In this document: positions 1-10,509 of the stretch, piece by piece
How positions within the stretch are numbered: position 1 is the first letter of the stretch
Layout: every line of letters begins with the position of its first letter
Source: Ignavibacteriales bacterium
Lineage (GTDB): Bacteria; Bacteroidota; Ignavibacteria; UBA10030
Assembly: GCA_016207415.1 (NCBI GenBank)
Contig: JACQPT010000093.1
Location: 1-59,303 of the forward strand
Length of the DNA stretch: 59,303 nt
Direction of reading: 5' to 3'
Program-made: the position numbers and the translations under genes
Notes under the pieces: model-generated
The model's input: only the letters and a program-made list of their open reading frames with translations
Told to the model about the DNA's origin: nothing
Databases searched by the model: none

Positions 1-1038
1 TGGGTTGTGAAAGCGCAGATTCATGCAGGGGGACGAGGGAAAGGAGGCGGGGTGAAACTTGCACGCAGTATTGATGAGGTGCGCCAGAGGTCGTCGGAAA
101 TTCTCGGGATGCGGCTGGTCACACATCAGACGGGGACCGAAGGCAGAATTGTAAAAAGGCTACTGATCGAAGAAGGCATGAACATAGCCCGAGAGTTGTA
201 TGTCGGTATTACGTTGGATCGCGCGCGATCACAGAATGTTGTCATGGCTTCGACAGAGGGCGGCGTGGAAATTGAGAAAGTTGCTGCTGAAACTCCGGAA
301 AAAATACTGAAAGAATACGTCGCTCCCGGTGTCGGCGTGCAGCAGTTCCAGGCTCGCAAACTGTGTTTTGGACTTGGTCTGACGGGTGATGCCTTCAAAA
401 ACGGCGTGAAGTTTCTCCTCGCTCTCTACAAAGCGTATGAAGCCAGCGACGCGTCCCTTGCAGAAATCAATCCGCTGGTCATTACTCAGGATGGCGGAGT
501 GCTGGCTCTTGACGCGAAAATTAACTTTGACGACAACGCCCTCTATCGACATCCCGAGTTCGCGGAAATGAGAGACCTCGACGAAGAAGACCCGCTTGAG
601 GTCGAAGCGTCATCTTCAAACCTCAATTATATAAAGCTTGACGGCAACGTTGGCTGCATGGTCAACGGCGCGGGTCTTGCAATGGCGACGATGGACATCA
701 TCAAGCTGGCGGGAGGAATGCCTGCGAATTTTCTCGACGTCGGAGGAGGAGCGAGCGCAAGAACGGTGGAAGCAGGATTCCGCATCATCTTGAAAGACCC
801 TCACGTCAAAGCAATTTTGATAAACATTTTCGGCGGGATCGTCCGTTGCGACCGCGTGGCGACAGGTGTCGTTGAAGCGGCAAAAAACATCGATGTTAAA
901 GTTGCAATTGTGATTCGACTTGCCGGGACCAATGCCGATCTTGCGGCCGATATTCTGAAAAACTCCGGTCTCAGCTTTCTTGTCGCTGCCAATTTGAAAG
1001 ACGCGGCGGAAAAGGTGACGAAGGCAATCGCCGCCTGA
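1..1038 (+). CDS. sucC: Succinate--CoA ligase (ADP-forming) beta subunit, 5'-truncated by the window edge
   Basis: The reading frame is open to nt 1. [30 protein letters not shown] and [10 protein letters not shown] are typical of the SucC ATP-grasp and CoA-ligase domains. Confidence 0.93.
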   Translation, partial: WVVKAQIHAGGRGKGGGVKLARSIDEVRQRSSEILGMRLVTHQTGTEGRIVKRLLIEEGMNIARELYVGITLDRARSQNVVMASTEGGVEIEKVAAETPEKILKEYVAPGVGVQQFQARKLCFGLGLTGDAFKNGVKFLLALYKAYEASDASLAEINPLVITQDGGVLALDAKINFDDNALYRHPEFAEMRDLDEEDPLEVEASSSNLNYIKLDGNVGCMVNGAGLAMATMDIIKLAGGMPANFLDVGGGASARTVEAGFRIILKDPHVKAILINIFGGIVRCDRVATGVVEAAKNIDVKVAIVIRLAGTNADLAADILKNSGLSFLVAANLKDAAEKVTKAIAA

Positions 1039-1040
1039 CG

Positions 1041-1075
1041 CTTCACTCTTCACCCTTCACAGTTCACTCTTCACT
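1041..1075. repeat. Five tandem 7-bp units (CTTCACT CTTCACC CTTCACA GTTCACT CTTCACT) in the sucC-gatB spacer
   Basis: Read directly from the sequence between the sucC stop (1036-1038) and the gatB ATG (1088). Confidence 0.9.
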
Positions 1076-1087
1076 CATATAACATAT

Positions 1088-2548
1088 ATGCAGTCGAACG
1101 AATACTACGAGCCCATCATCGGACTTGAAGTCCACTGCCAACTCCTGACAGAATCAAAAGCATTCTGTTCCTGTTCGACAAAATTCGGCGGGGAGCCCAA
1201 CTCCAATGTATGTCCGATTTGTCTCGGCATGCCCGGCGTACTGCCTGTCTTGAACAAAGAGGTCGTGGAATTTACGATTAAAATGGGGCTTGCGACGCAT
1301 TGCGAGATTTCGCCGAAGTCTATTTTCGCCCGAAAAAACTATTTCTACCCCGACCTCCCCAAAGGCTATCAGATTTCTCAGTATGAGGAACCGATTTGCT
1401 CGAACGGCTTTGTCGAAATAGAGTTCGAGGATGGGAAGAAAAAGAAAATCGGCATCACGCGTATTCACATGGAAGAAGACGCAGGCAAGTCTATCCATGA
1501 TCTCGATATCGATACTCTTGTCGATGTCAACCGCTGCGGTGTGCCGTTGATCGAAATCGTCAGCGAGCCTGATATTCGTTCTCCACACGAAGCGTATCTG
1601 TACCTTTACAAGATACGCCAAATCGTGACGTATCTCGGCATTTGCGACGGGAACATGGAGGAGGGAAGTCTGCGTTGTGATGCGAACGTTTCCGTTCGGA
1701 AGAGAGGCGAGTCAAAATTCGGGACGAAAACGGAAGTCAAGAATATGAATTCCTTCCGGTTCGTCGAAAAAGCGCTCGAGTACGAAATCGAAAGACAGAT
1801 CGCGCTTCTGGGAGACGGGCAGAAGGTGGTTCAGGAGACTCTGCTCTGGGATGCAAACCAGGACATCGCCGTTCCGATGCGCTCCAAAGAAGAGGCGCAT
1901 GATTATCGCTATTTTCCCGAACCCGACCTCGTTGCCGTTGCCGTGAATCAGGACTGGATCAACAATGCGAAAGCATCGCTGCCCGAGTTTCCCTCTGAAC
2001 GTAGAGACAGGTACATCAGAGAATACAAGCTCCCGAAGTACGATGCCGACGTTCTGACGACAGAAAAAGCTCTCGCGGACTATTTCGAAGGCGTGGTTTC
2101 CAGCCTGAACAAGAAGAATGAAGAAACGTACAAGCTTGCCAGCAACTGGACGATGACGGACGTCTTACGCGTGGTGAAAGACCGGCACATCGAGATTTCG
2201 GATTTTCCGGTTCCTCCACGGAATCTCTCTGAAATGATTAGCCTGATCGTTGACGGAACCATCAGCGGAAAGATTGCCAAGGATGTTTTTGAGGAAATGC
2301 TGGCCACGAATGACTCTCCAAAGGCTATCGTGGAGAAGAAGAGCCTCGTGCAGGTGAGTGATGAGGGGGCAATCGAAAAAGTTGTAGATGAGATCCTCTC
2401 AAAGAACAAAGAACAGGTTGAGAAGTATCGGAGTGGGAAGAATCAGGTATTTGGGTTTTTTGTCGGGGAGACAATGAAAGCAATGAAGGGCAAGGCAAAC
2501 CCGAGAATTGTCAACGAAATTCTCAGAAGAAAGCTCGACTCCATTTAA
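1088..2548 (+). CDS. gatB: Asp-tRNA(Asn)/Glu-tRNA(Gln) amidotransferase subunit B
   Basis: 486 aa. N-terminal IGLEVHCQL...[12 protein letters not shown] and [13 protein letters not shown] motifs plus a C-terminal GatB/YqeY tail. Confidence 0.95.
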   Translation: MQSNEYYEPIIGLEVHCQLLTESKAFCSCSTKFGGEPNSNVCPICLGMPGVLPVLNKEVVEFTIKMGLATHCEISPKSIFARKNYFYPDLPKGYQISQYEEPICSNGFVEIEFEDGKKKKIGITRIHMEEDAGKSIHDLDIDTLVDVNRCGVPLIEIVSEPDIRSPHEAYLYLYKIRQIVTYLGICDGNMEEGSLRCDANVSVRKRGESKFGTKTEVKNMNSFRFVEKALEYEIERQIALLGDGQKVVQETLLWDANQDIAVPMRSKEEAHDYRYFPEPDLVAVAVNQDWINNAKASLPEFPSERRDRYIREYKLPKYDADVLTTEKALADYFEGVVSSLNKKNEETYKLASNWTMTDVLRVVKDRHIEISDFPVPPRNLSEMISLIVDGTISGKIAKDVFEEMLATNDSPKAIVEKKSLVQVSDEGAIEKVVDEILSKNKEQVEKYRSGKNQVFGFFVGETMKAMKGKANPRIVNEILRRKLDSI

Positions 2549-2600
2549 GGAAGGCTCATCACAATAATCCAATTATCCATCAATCCAACAATCGATCTCT

Positions 2601-3374
2601 ATGCGTAGTAAAGTCATCGCCGGTAACTGGAAAATGAACAAAGACCTCGGCGAGTCCGAGAAGCTCATCAAGGATCTGAAGATGTCGCTGAATTTCGACC
2701 TCGGCGGTACACGAGTCATCATCTGCCCACCATATCCGTCGCTCGCTCTCGCGGCGAAGCTCCTGGAAGGGACCTCGATTGAACTCGGCGCCCAGAACAT
2801 GTACACAGAGAATGAAGGCGCGTTCACCGGAGAGGTGTCGCCCAAAATGCTGAAAGCCGCAGGATGCAAATATGTCATCCTGGGACATTCCGAACGTCGA
2901 CAGTACTTTGCAGAATCGAACGAATTCATCAACACGAAAGCCAGGAAAGCGCTTTCTTCAGGATTGATTCCGATTATTTGTGTCGGGGAGACACTCGAAG
3001 AACGCGAAAAGAACATTACCGACCAGATAGTCTCTGTGCAGGTCAAGGCTTGTTTGAAGGAGATCGCTGCTGCGGACATAGAAAGAGTCATAGTTGCTTA
3101 CGAACCTGTGTGGGCAATAGGAACTGGAAAAAACGCCACCCCTCAGCAAGCGCAGGATGTTCACCGGCTTATTCGAAAGCTCGTCTCTCAGCTGTATTCC
3201 ATCCAGGTGGCGGATCGGGTCATCATCCAGTACGGTGGGAGTGTGAAACCCGACAACTCAGCGGACCTACTTCATCAACCCGACATCGACGGTGCGCTCG
3301 TTGGGGGAGCATGTCTTAAAGCCGATTCTTTTGCCGGCATCATTCGGGCCGCGGCGTCATCCGGAAAAAAGTAG
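2601..3374 (+). CDS. tpiA: Triosephosphate isomerase
   Basis: 257 aa with VIAGNWKMN, ILGHSERR and AYEPVWAIGTG signatures. Confidence 0.95.
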   Translation: MRSKVIAGNWKMNKDLGESEKLIKDLKMSLNFDLGGTRVIICPPYPSLALAAKLLEGTSIELGAQNMYTENEGAFTGEVSPKMLKAAGCKYVILGHSERRQYFAESNEFINTKARKALSSGLIPIICVGETLEEREKNITDQIVSVQVKACLKEIAAADIERVIVAYEPVWAIGTGKNATPQQAQDVHRLIRKLVSQLYSIQVADRVIIQYGGSVKPDNSADLLHQPDIDGALVGGACLKADSFAGIIRAAASSGKK

Positions 3375-3588
3375 AGTCGCTCGCAGTTCGAAAGCTTTCC
3401 TTCCAACGAGACCTCGGAGTCTCTTACCTCTTTCTGCGCTCGTAAGCTATTGTAAATTATGAGCGTAACCGCTGTATTCCATTGATTTTCCTCAAGTTAT
3501 TCGTTGCATTCGCCTCGTTTTTGTGTTATATTCATCCACTTTAGCTGGGCCGTAACCCAGCCCTTTCTTAGCACTTTTTGCAAAAGAA

Positions 3589-6222
3589 TTGACAAAAAGA
3601 TCCGATAATCTACGACTTTTCGATACCCTCCTAATCTTGTTCTTGACGGTTTCTTCAGTCACCCCCGGTTTCTCCCAACCTCGGGTATTCGAAAACGGCC
3701 AACCGACACTGCAAGGGACGGATGTGGGGATTCACCTTGACAGTCCAAAAAGAAGAAAGATTGACCTCGCAGGACAATGGGCCTACACGTTGGACGAGGA
3801 GACATGGCACGCAATTAAGATACCCGGCTCAATTGACTACGAAGGCCGAATAGTTTTTCAGCGGAAAATTTCCATCGACGATACCCTTCTGAGCAATTTC
3901 GCTTTTAAGTTTGTGGGCCTCGGAATTAACAATGACGCCGAGGTGTATGTTAATGATGTCTTCGTCGGAAAACACACGGGAGGATACACAGCCGTTGAAC
4001 TCGATATTCCGGAAAACGTCCTTCAACTTGGGTCCGAGAATGTCATAAAGATTGTTGCGACCAATCAGCTTTCAGCTCGTTCAACGCTGCCGGTCAGGAA
4101 GCAAATATGGGGTTGGAAGAACTACGCTGGGATTCTTCGGGATGTTTATTTGCTTGCAACGCCAAAGTTGTGGATCGAAGCGATAACGGTAGGCGCGAAA
4201 CTTGGTGAGGGATTCCAGCAAGGAACCTTCCATGTGGAGGCGATCGTGAGTAATCGTGACTTTGAGCCTTTGAGCCGCGATTCCGCCCAGGGCAAGTCCA
4301 CAGCGGTGTCTTTCTTGTTTCATCTCGAAGTTCAGGAAAAGCTCTCCGAGGCTGTCGTTGCTCAGTCTGTTCCAATGCCGCTTAACCTTCAGGCGAATCA
4401 TGACCTCGAAGTACAGAGTTCCGTCGTTATTAGCGCACCGAGGCTCTGGAGTCCCGAAGCTCCGGAAATGTACCTCCTTCGGGCAGTCATTACCATGATA
4501 GACGGAAAACAGAGGGCGGTGATTGACCAGGTTGCACGGAACACAGGCTTGCGACAGGTGCACATTACGACGAACAGCATCGTTGTCAATGGAACGCGAC
4601 GGGTGCTGAAAGGGGTGGTGTGGCATGAAGATTCGCCTTCCTTTGGCGGTTCACTGACCTACGAGCAAATGGAAAAAGACATTGCGCTGATCAAAACGTT
4701 AGTAGCCAATGCTGTCAGGTTTGCGTTCCATCCGCCGCACGCGTATCTCCTCAACCTCTGTGCACGGTACGGGCTGTTCGCCCTGGTGGAGGTGCCGGTG
4801 TGGAACGTCGCCGCCGACGTGCTCTCCGGTGAGACTTTTCAGACACTTGCGGAGAACACGCTTCGTGAGATGGTTCAGAAATTCCAGGCTAACCCAGCTT
4901 TGATCGCGTGGGGAATTGGGAGTGATTTTGATTCTGCAGACCCGCGGGCAATGCTCTACGTCAACAGGATGACCAAAGTGGCAAAGTCTCTCGACAGCCG
5001 TCCGGTGTACTTTGGCTCTCGCATGATCGAGAACGACCTCTGCACGGATGCCGTCGATTTCGCGGCAGTCAGCTTGCCCAAACAGGAGTTAAAAGAATTT
5101 AAACAAACTCTCCAGGAATGGGAAAAAAAACATCCCGACAAGCCGGTTCTCGTTTTGGGCTATGGTAAGGAGGTGGAGCACGAGAACAGAAACGGATGGA
5201 GTGACCCGATGTCGCAGGAACATCAGGCGCGTTTTTTTCTCCAGTACTACGGTGCGTTGAAAGAAGCGGGAATTGCCGGTAGTTTCATCTCGTCGTTCGC
5301 CGACTGGAGAGGCGACCGGCCGATCCTCACTGTGAATTCCTCAGACCCTTATCTCCATCCGGTGGGTCTGATGAGTTCTGCGCGTGAAAAGCGACTGTCG
5401 TTCGAAATGGTGAAAGGGCTCTATAACGAAGAAAAAACAACGGCGATTCCCGTGGGGCAGCACCGCTCCTCTTTTCCGGTCGCCCATGTCGTCTCAGGTT
5501 TGTTTGTCATGATCCTGGGTGGATACCAGTACGCCTATAACCGGCGTTTTGGCGAGTCGGTGCGACGAGCGTTTCTGCGCTCGTATAATTTTTACGCCGA
5601 CCTCCGTGACATGCGCGCGGCATCTGTTGTGCACACGGTAACCCTCGGGGCGCTGATCTCGGTGACGTTTGCCGTCATGATTTCGAGCATCCTCTACCAT
5701 TATCGTGCGGATACGTTATTCGATTACACACTGACGTATTTTGTTGTTTCCGACGCAATAAAGGAACAGCTCATTTTTGCGACGTGGAATCCGTTCTCGG
5801 GAATCATCGGAGGCACAGTCGTTTTCTTTGTACTGTTCTGGGTCTTGGCTGCTTTTGTCAAGCTCTGTTCGCTTCTGGTCAAAGCGAAGGTGCGCTGGTT
5901 CCACGCCTACTCGGTGCCGGTATGGGGTGCTCTGCCAATCATTTTTCTCAGCCCGGTTGCGATGAGTCTGTTTAAAGTGATGGAGAACCCACTTTACGTC
6001 ATTCCTTCCCTTGTGCTCATCGCGGTATTCCTCTTGTGGGCGGTGTTACGAGTGTTTACCGGGATCTCGGTCATTTTCGATATCAGCCCTGCAAAATCGT
6101 ATGCAGGCGGGATTCTTGTGTGCGTGATTCTCGCCGGAGCTTTGTATCTCTATTATGACTCGGCTTTTGCCATCGGTTCGTATGTGAAATTCGCCGTCAA
6201 CGTCGCCAGGAGTCTCGGATAA
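3589..6222 (+). CDS. Secreted glycoside hydrolase family 2-like ectodomain fused to a C-terminal multi-pass membrane domain; probably non-catalytic
   Basis: 877 aa with a TTG start and a signal-like N-terminus (LLILFLTVSSVTPGFSQ). GH2 sugar-binding-like and TIM-barrel-like regions are present (VNDVFVGKHTGGYT, RLWSPEAPEMY, NAVRFAFHPPH). The last ~270 aa contain 5-6 hydrophobic helices. The positions expected for the catalytic Glu residues read WGIGSD and VLGYG. Confidence 0.65.
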   Translation: MTKRSDNLRLFDTLLILFLTVSSVTPGFSQPRVFENGQPTLQGTDVGIHLDSPKRRKIDLAGQWAYTLDEETWHAIKIPGSIDYEGRIVFQRKISIDDTLLSNFAFKFVGLGINNDAEVYVNDVFVGKHTGGYTAVELDIPENVLQLGSENVIKIVATNQLSARSTLPVRKQIWGWKNYAGILRDVYLLATPKLWIEAITVGAKLGEGFQQGTFHVEAIVSNRDFEPLSRDSAQGKSTAVSFLFHLEVQEKLSEAVVAQSVPMPLNLQANHDLEVQSSVVISAPRLWSPEAPEMYLLRAVITMIDGKQRAVIDQVARNTGLRQVHITTNSIVVNGTRRVLKGVVWHEDSPSFGGSLTYEQMEKDIALIKTLVANAVRFAFHPPHAYLLNLCARYGLFALVEVPVWNVAADVLSGETFQTLAENTLREMVQKFQANPALIAWGIGSDFDSADPRAMLYVNRMTKVAKSLDSRPVYFGSRMIENDLCTDAVDFAAVSLPKQELKEFKQTLQEWEKKHPDKPVLVLGYGKEVEHENRNGWSDPMSQEHQARFFLQYYGALKEAGIAGSFISSFADWRGDRPILTVNSSDPYLHPVGLMSSAREKRLSFEMVKGLYNEEKTTAIPVGQHRSSFPVAHVVSGLFVMILGGYQYAYNRRFGESVRRAFLRSYNFYADLRDMRAASVVHTVTLGALISVTFAVMISSILYHYRADTLFDYTLTYFVVSDAIKEQLIFATWNPFSGIIGGTVVFFVLFWVLAAFVKLCSLLVKAKVRWFHAYSVPVWGALPIIFLSPVAMSLFKVMENPLYVIPSLVLIAVFLLWAVLRVFTGISVIFDISPAKSYAGGILVCVILAGALYLYYDSAFAIGSYVKFAVNVARSLG

Positions 6223-9200
6223 TGTATCTCTCAAAACTGGACATCTTCGGGTTCAAGTCATTCGCCCAAAAAGTCGGTCTGACATTTGATGCAGGGATGA
6301 CGTCGATTGTAGGGCCGAACGGCTGCGGCAAAACCAACGTGGTGGATGCAATCCGGTGGGCATTGGGAGAACAACGGCCGACCACGCTTCGAAGCGACAA
6401 GATGGAAGACGTCATTTTCAACGGAACGAAATCCCGCAAGCCGTTGAGCATGGCCGAAGTCTCCATCACGATTGAGAACACCAAGGGAATTCTTCCGACG
6501 GAATACTCCGAAGTGACGATCACGCGGAGGGTGTACCGGTCGGGCGAGGGCGAGTACTTTCTGAACAAAACCCTCTGCCGCCTCAAGGACATCCGTGACC
6601 TCTTTATGGATACGGGAATGGGCTCGGATGCCTACTCGGTGATCGAGTTGAAAATGGTTGAGAGCATTCTTAGTGACAGCTCAGACGAGCGGCGCCGACT
6701 TTTCGAAGAATCAGCGGGCGTAACGAAGTACAAGCACCGACGGCGAGAAGCCTACCGTCGGCTGGATACGGTACGAGTAGATCTAACGCGGGTGAACGAT
6801 ATCGTCAGGGAAGTCCAAAAGGCGGTCAACTCCCTCGAGCGGCAGGCACAAAAAGCTCAACGGTACAATGAGTTCGTGAAGACATTGTCGGAAAAGGAAA
6901 TTGATCTGCTGTCCAGGGAATACGCGAGCGTTGTTTCGAAGATTTCTCCGTTGAAGGACCAACTGGCTCAAGCCGTAACGAAAAAAAACCGGGTCGACGT
7001 TGAGGTAAAACAGGAGGAAACCCTACTGGAAGTGCTGAGGAAGGAAATGGAAGAACTTGAGGATCAGCTCACGGCTGCGCAATCAGACCTCTCCTCCCAG
7101 CAATCAAGGATTCACGAATTCGAGCAGCGCCTGGCGACATCCCGAGAACGCCGCAGGTCGCTCACGGCAAATATCGAACGCTTCGAACAGGAAAAAGTCG
7201 AACTGCTGAGACATCAAAAGGAACTCCGGCTAAAACAGGGGGGCATGACGGAAGAACTGCGGACGGTGAAAAAGAAGGTCGTTGAGGCGGAACAAGTCTA
7301 CGGAGTCAAGAAGTCTGGGCTCGACGAATTAGACAAGCAGGTTAACGCGAAAAAATCGGGGCTCAAAAGCCACCAGGACCAGGTTATTGCCCTGCTTCAT
7401 GAAATCTCCGAACTGAGGCAGAAGGAATCGCAGGCGAAAGCGCGTATTGAAAACATTCGTGGCCGCATCAGCTACACGTCCGAAGAAAGCGAACAATACC
7501 GCCGCGACATCGCCGGGAACGAAGAGTTGATTTCCCAAATGACGGCCGAGGACAGAGAATTGCGCCGGAGGTTTGCTGAGGCGGAAGTGCGTGTGCACCA
7601 GATGGAGGACTACAAGCAGAAACTTCAGAAGGACATCGAGCACCTACGCCATCAGGATATGGATCTTCGTGGCGAGATTGAACGCAAGCAGGCCCGTGTC
7701 GATTTCCTGAAGAGCCTCGTTGAGAGTTTTGACGGATACTCGGAGGGAGCCCGGTATTTGATTACGAGCAGCGAGTGGGGCTCCAGGATCCAGACTCCGG
7801 TTGGCGACGCTCTGACGACCGACTCCAGGCACCGAGTGGCTGTCGAGACGGCGCTTGGAGATGCGGCAGGCTATGTTGTCGTCGAGAGTGTTGAACAAGC
7901 CTATGCTGCAATGGACTTTCTCAAACAAAGCCAGAAAGGAAAAGCGACGTTCATCTGCCTCGACCGCTTGCCCATGATTCACAATCACCGGCCTCGCGTG
8001 ACCGAGGATGGTGTTGTTGGGTGGGTGATGGATGTTGTCCGTTTCGATGAACGATACGACCGGCTCTTCGGTTTTCTTTTTGATGAAACGCTCATCGTGC
8101 AGAATGTCCGTGTTGCGAACGAGATCGTTACGAAAGAACCGAACATTCGATGCGTTACCGTTGAGGGCGAAATCGTCACCGGCAAAGGGGTCGTGCGTGG
8201 CGGCAGTATGCGACAGGATGAAGGGGGTCATATCGGGAAAAAGTCCCAGCTCGATGAGCTAGCGGAAGACCTGAAAAAACTTGCCGCGCAAAAAGAAAAA
8301 GTTTTGAAGGAGATCGAGAGAAGAAGCGAGGAACTTGAAGGTATCAACCTTAGATCGCTTGTTGACGAGGCCCGGGAGATTGAGCAGGCAAAGACCTCGA
8401 TTGAAGTGAGAATCGCCCAGCTCGAGTTTGAAAAGAAACGCGCGCAGGAAAGCATCGAGCGCAATCAGGCGGAAGCCGAAAGGCAACAACAAGAAGTCGT
8501 CTCCCTCGCGGGAGATCTGGAAACGCTGACTCCAGCGATCGCACAACACGAGCGCCAAAAGGCAGAGGCGGAGCAGCAGGTGGGGGTATCTTCAAGCGCG
8601 CTCGCATCAATGGAAGCCTTGTGGAACGAGCATGCAAAGATTGCCACCGATGCGCACCTGCAAGCACTCGCGCTGAAATCGGAGGAGCGGAGCGTTCAAC
8701 AATCGATTGAACACGCAGAGTCCACACTCGTCTCCATTGCATCAAACCTCGATCAGCGGACGCAGGAGGTCGGTTCGGCAAAGGTGGAAATCCGCACGAT
8801 CGCTGACGGGATCGGGGAGGCGGAAGTGGCGCTGCTCGCGGCAAAAAAAGAGTTTGAAGCGCTCCTCGAACGAAAAAAGGCCGTCGATAGTGAATTTGTC
8901 ACAAAGCGCGCCAACATTCACGAGATTGAGCTGAAACTCAAGGATGAGCGCTTAAAGCAGGAGGGCTCGCTCCAAGCGGCGCACGACCTGGAATTCAAAA
9001 TCCAGGAGCTCTCGATGAAATCCGAGAACCTGAAGACGCGGGCGAAAGACGAGTTTGAAATCGAGTTGGAATTGAAGGAATACACAGATGAGGAGCAATT
9101 CGATTTCAATGCGGCGCGAGAAGAAATCCGCGAGAAAAAGGAAAGAATCCGCAACCTGGGCAACATTAACTTCGCTGCTTTCGAAGAGTACAAGAGCGAG

Positions 9201-9770
9201 AAGGAACGACTCGATTTCGTTGCTGCGCAGCGTGATGATTTAGAGGAATCGGAGAAAACCCTTCTGGCGACGATCGACGAAATCAACACCACGGCCCAGA
9301 AGCTCTTCCTCACGACGTTCGAGAAGATTCGGGACAACTTCATCATGATTTTTAAGGAGCTTTTCGACGAGGGAGACGAGTGCGACTTGACGCTCGAAAA
9401 GGACGTCGACCCTCTCGAGGCGAGGATCGAGATAACGGCGAAACCGCGGGGTAAACGCCCGACGTCCATCGACCTTCTTTCCGGCGGGGAGAAAACGCTG
9501 ACGGCGATAGCTCTCCTCTTCGCCATTTATCTCGTCAAACCGAGTCCCTTTTGCATTCTTGACGAAGTCGATGCGCCTCTGGACGATTCCAACATCGACC
9601 GCTTCACACGCATCCTGAAAAAATTCTCCGATAACACGCAGTTCGTTGTCGTAACGCATAACAAAAGGACGATGGAGTCTGCGAACGCGTTGTACGGCGT
9701 CACGATGGAAGAAGAGGGAGTCTCGAAACTCGTTTCGGTCCGTCTGATGGAACCAGTGGGCAAGGAGTAG
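6222..9770 (+). CDS. smc: Chromosome segregation protein SMC
   Basis: 1182 aa with Walker A GPNGCGKTNVVDAIRW, long coiled coils, a hinge, signature LSGGEKTLTAIALLFAI and Walker B FCILDEVDAPLD. The start overlaps the upstream stop (TAATG). Confidence 0.97.
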   Translation: MYLSKLDIFGFKSFAQKVGLTFDAGMTSIVGPNGCGKTNVVDAIRWALGEQRPTTLRSDKMEDVIFNGTKSRKPLSMAEVSITIENTKGILPTEYSEVTITRRVYRSGEGEYFLNKTLCRLKDIRDLFMDTGMGSDAYSVIELKMVESILSDSSDERRRLFEESAGVTKYKHRRREAYRRLDTVRVDLTRVNDIVREVQKAVNSLERQAQKAQRYNEFVKTLSEKEIDLLSREYASVVSKISPLKDQLAQAVTKKNRVDVEVKQEETLLEVLRKEMEELEDQLTAAQSDLSSQQSRIHEFEQRLATSRERRRSLTANIERFEQEKVELLRHQKELRLKQGGMTEELRTVKKKVVEAEQVYGVKKSGLDELDKQVNAKKSGLKSHQDQVIALLHEISELRQKESQAKARIENIRGRISYTSEESEQYRRDIAGNEELISQMTAEDRELRRRFAEAEVRVHQMEDYKQKLQKDIEHLRHQDMDLRGEIERKQARVDFLKSLVESFDGYSEGARYLITSSEWGSRIQTPVGDALTTDSRHRVAVETALGDAAGYVVVESVEQAYAAMDFLKQSQKGKATFICLDRLPMIHNHRPRVTEDGVVGWVMDVVRFDERYDRLFGFLFDETLIVQNVRVANEIVTKEPNIRCVTVEGEIVTGKGVVRGGSMRQDEGGHIGKKSQLDELAEDLKKLAAQKEKVLKEIERRSEELEGINLRSLVDEAREIEQAKTSIEVRIAQLEFEKKRAQESIERNQAEAERQQQEVVSLAGDLETLTPAIAQHERQKAEAEQQVGVSSSALASMEALWNEHAKIATDAHLQALALKSEERSVQQSIEHAESTLVSIASNLDQRTQEVGSAKVEIRTIADGIGEAEVALLAAKKEFEALLERKKAVDSEFVTKRANIHEIELKLKDERLKQEGSLQAAHDLEFKIQELSMKSENLKTRAKDEFEIELELKEYTDEEQFDFNAAREEIREKKERIRNLGNINFAAFEEYKSEKERLDFVAAQRDDLEESEKTLLATIDEINTTAQKLFLTTFEKIRDNFIMIFKELFDEGDECDLTLEKDVDPLEARIEITAKPRGKRPTSIDLLSGGEKTLTAIALLFAIYLVKPSPFCILDEVDAPLDDSNIDRFTRILKKFSDNTQFVVVTHNKRTMESANALYGVTMEEEGVSKLVSVRLMEPVGKE

Positions 9771-9772
9771 CG

Positions 9773-10489
9773 ATGGTTCGAGTGTTCTGCGATTTTGACG
9801 GCACCGTGGCAGCTGAAGACGTGGGCAATCGTTTGTTCCGGCATTTTGCCGGGCCGAAGGCCGAAGAGATTGTCAAGGGATATCTCGACGGAACCAAGTC
9901 GGCGGTCGAATGTCTCAGTCAGGAGTGTGCGGCAGTCGGCGCGGTGAGCGTGGCGTCGCTGGAGACGTTTGTGGACCAATTTTCTCTCGATCCTTATTTT
10001 CCCGGTTTTGTCGAGTTTTGCCGCGGGCGGGGAATGCCGATAACGATTCTGAGCGACGGCCTCGATTTTTATGTGGGGCGTCTTTTACGAAAATATGACC
10101 TGAATGACCTGCCATGGTTTGCCAATCATGCAACCTTCGAAAAACAAGGAACACTTGCACGGCTTGTTCCAGAATTCCCTTACGCGGATTCCGAATGTCT
10201 CCAGTGCGGAAACTGCAAACGCAATCATATGCTGACGATGAGCGGAGACGATGACATTCTTGTCTACGTGGGAGACGGGATTTCAGATCGATGTCCCGTT
10301 CGTTATGCCGACGTTGTGTTTGCTAAACGTGGCCTGATTAAGTATTGCCAGTCGGAGAATATCACGTTTTACGAATTCTCCACCTTTCTCGACGTTCAGC
10401 AGAGGGTTGAAAAAATCCTGCTACAGAAACGCATTCGGAAGCGTCGGGAGGCGGAAATGGCTCGCAGAGAAGTCTATTTGCAGGGCTAG
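9773..10489 (+). CDS. HAD-IB family phosphatase (MtnX-like)
   Basis: 238 aa with the DFDGT nucleophile motif at the N-terminus, ILSDGLDFY, and a late YVGDGISD motif. Confidence 0.7.
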   Translation: MVRVFCDFDGTVAAEDVGNRLFRHFAGPKAEEIVKGYLDGTKSAVECLSQECAAVGAVSVASLETFVDQFSLDPYFPGFVEFCRGRGMPITILSDGLDFYVGRLLRKYDLNDLPWFANHATFEKQGTLARLVPEFPYADSECLQCGNCKRNHMLTMSGDDDILVYVGDGISDRCPVRYADVVFAKRGLIKYCQSENITFYEFSTFLDVQQRVEKILLQKRIRKRREAEMARREVYLQG

Positions 10490-10509
10490 CATAGTCACGG
10501 GGTCGGTGC

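Noticed and set aside
3805-3820. Additional TGGCAC hexamers that might mark sigma-54 promoters, here and at 58950-58965.
   Set aside because: Both lie inside coding sequence and lack TTGC at the -12 spacing (they read TAAG and CTGA).
8350-8844. A 164-aa Pro/Arg-rich minus-strand ORF, together with several same-strand alternative-frame ORFs (for example 2864-3319 and 8707-8934).
   Set aside because: They are embedded in smc and tpiA. Their compositionally biased products are typical of off-frame translation of Glu/Lys/Ala-rich coding sequence.
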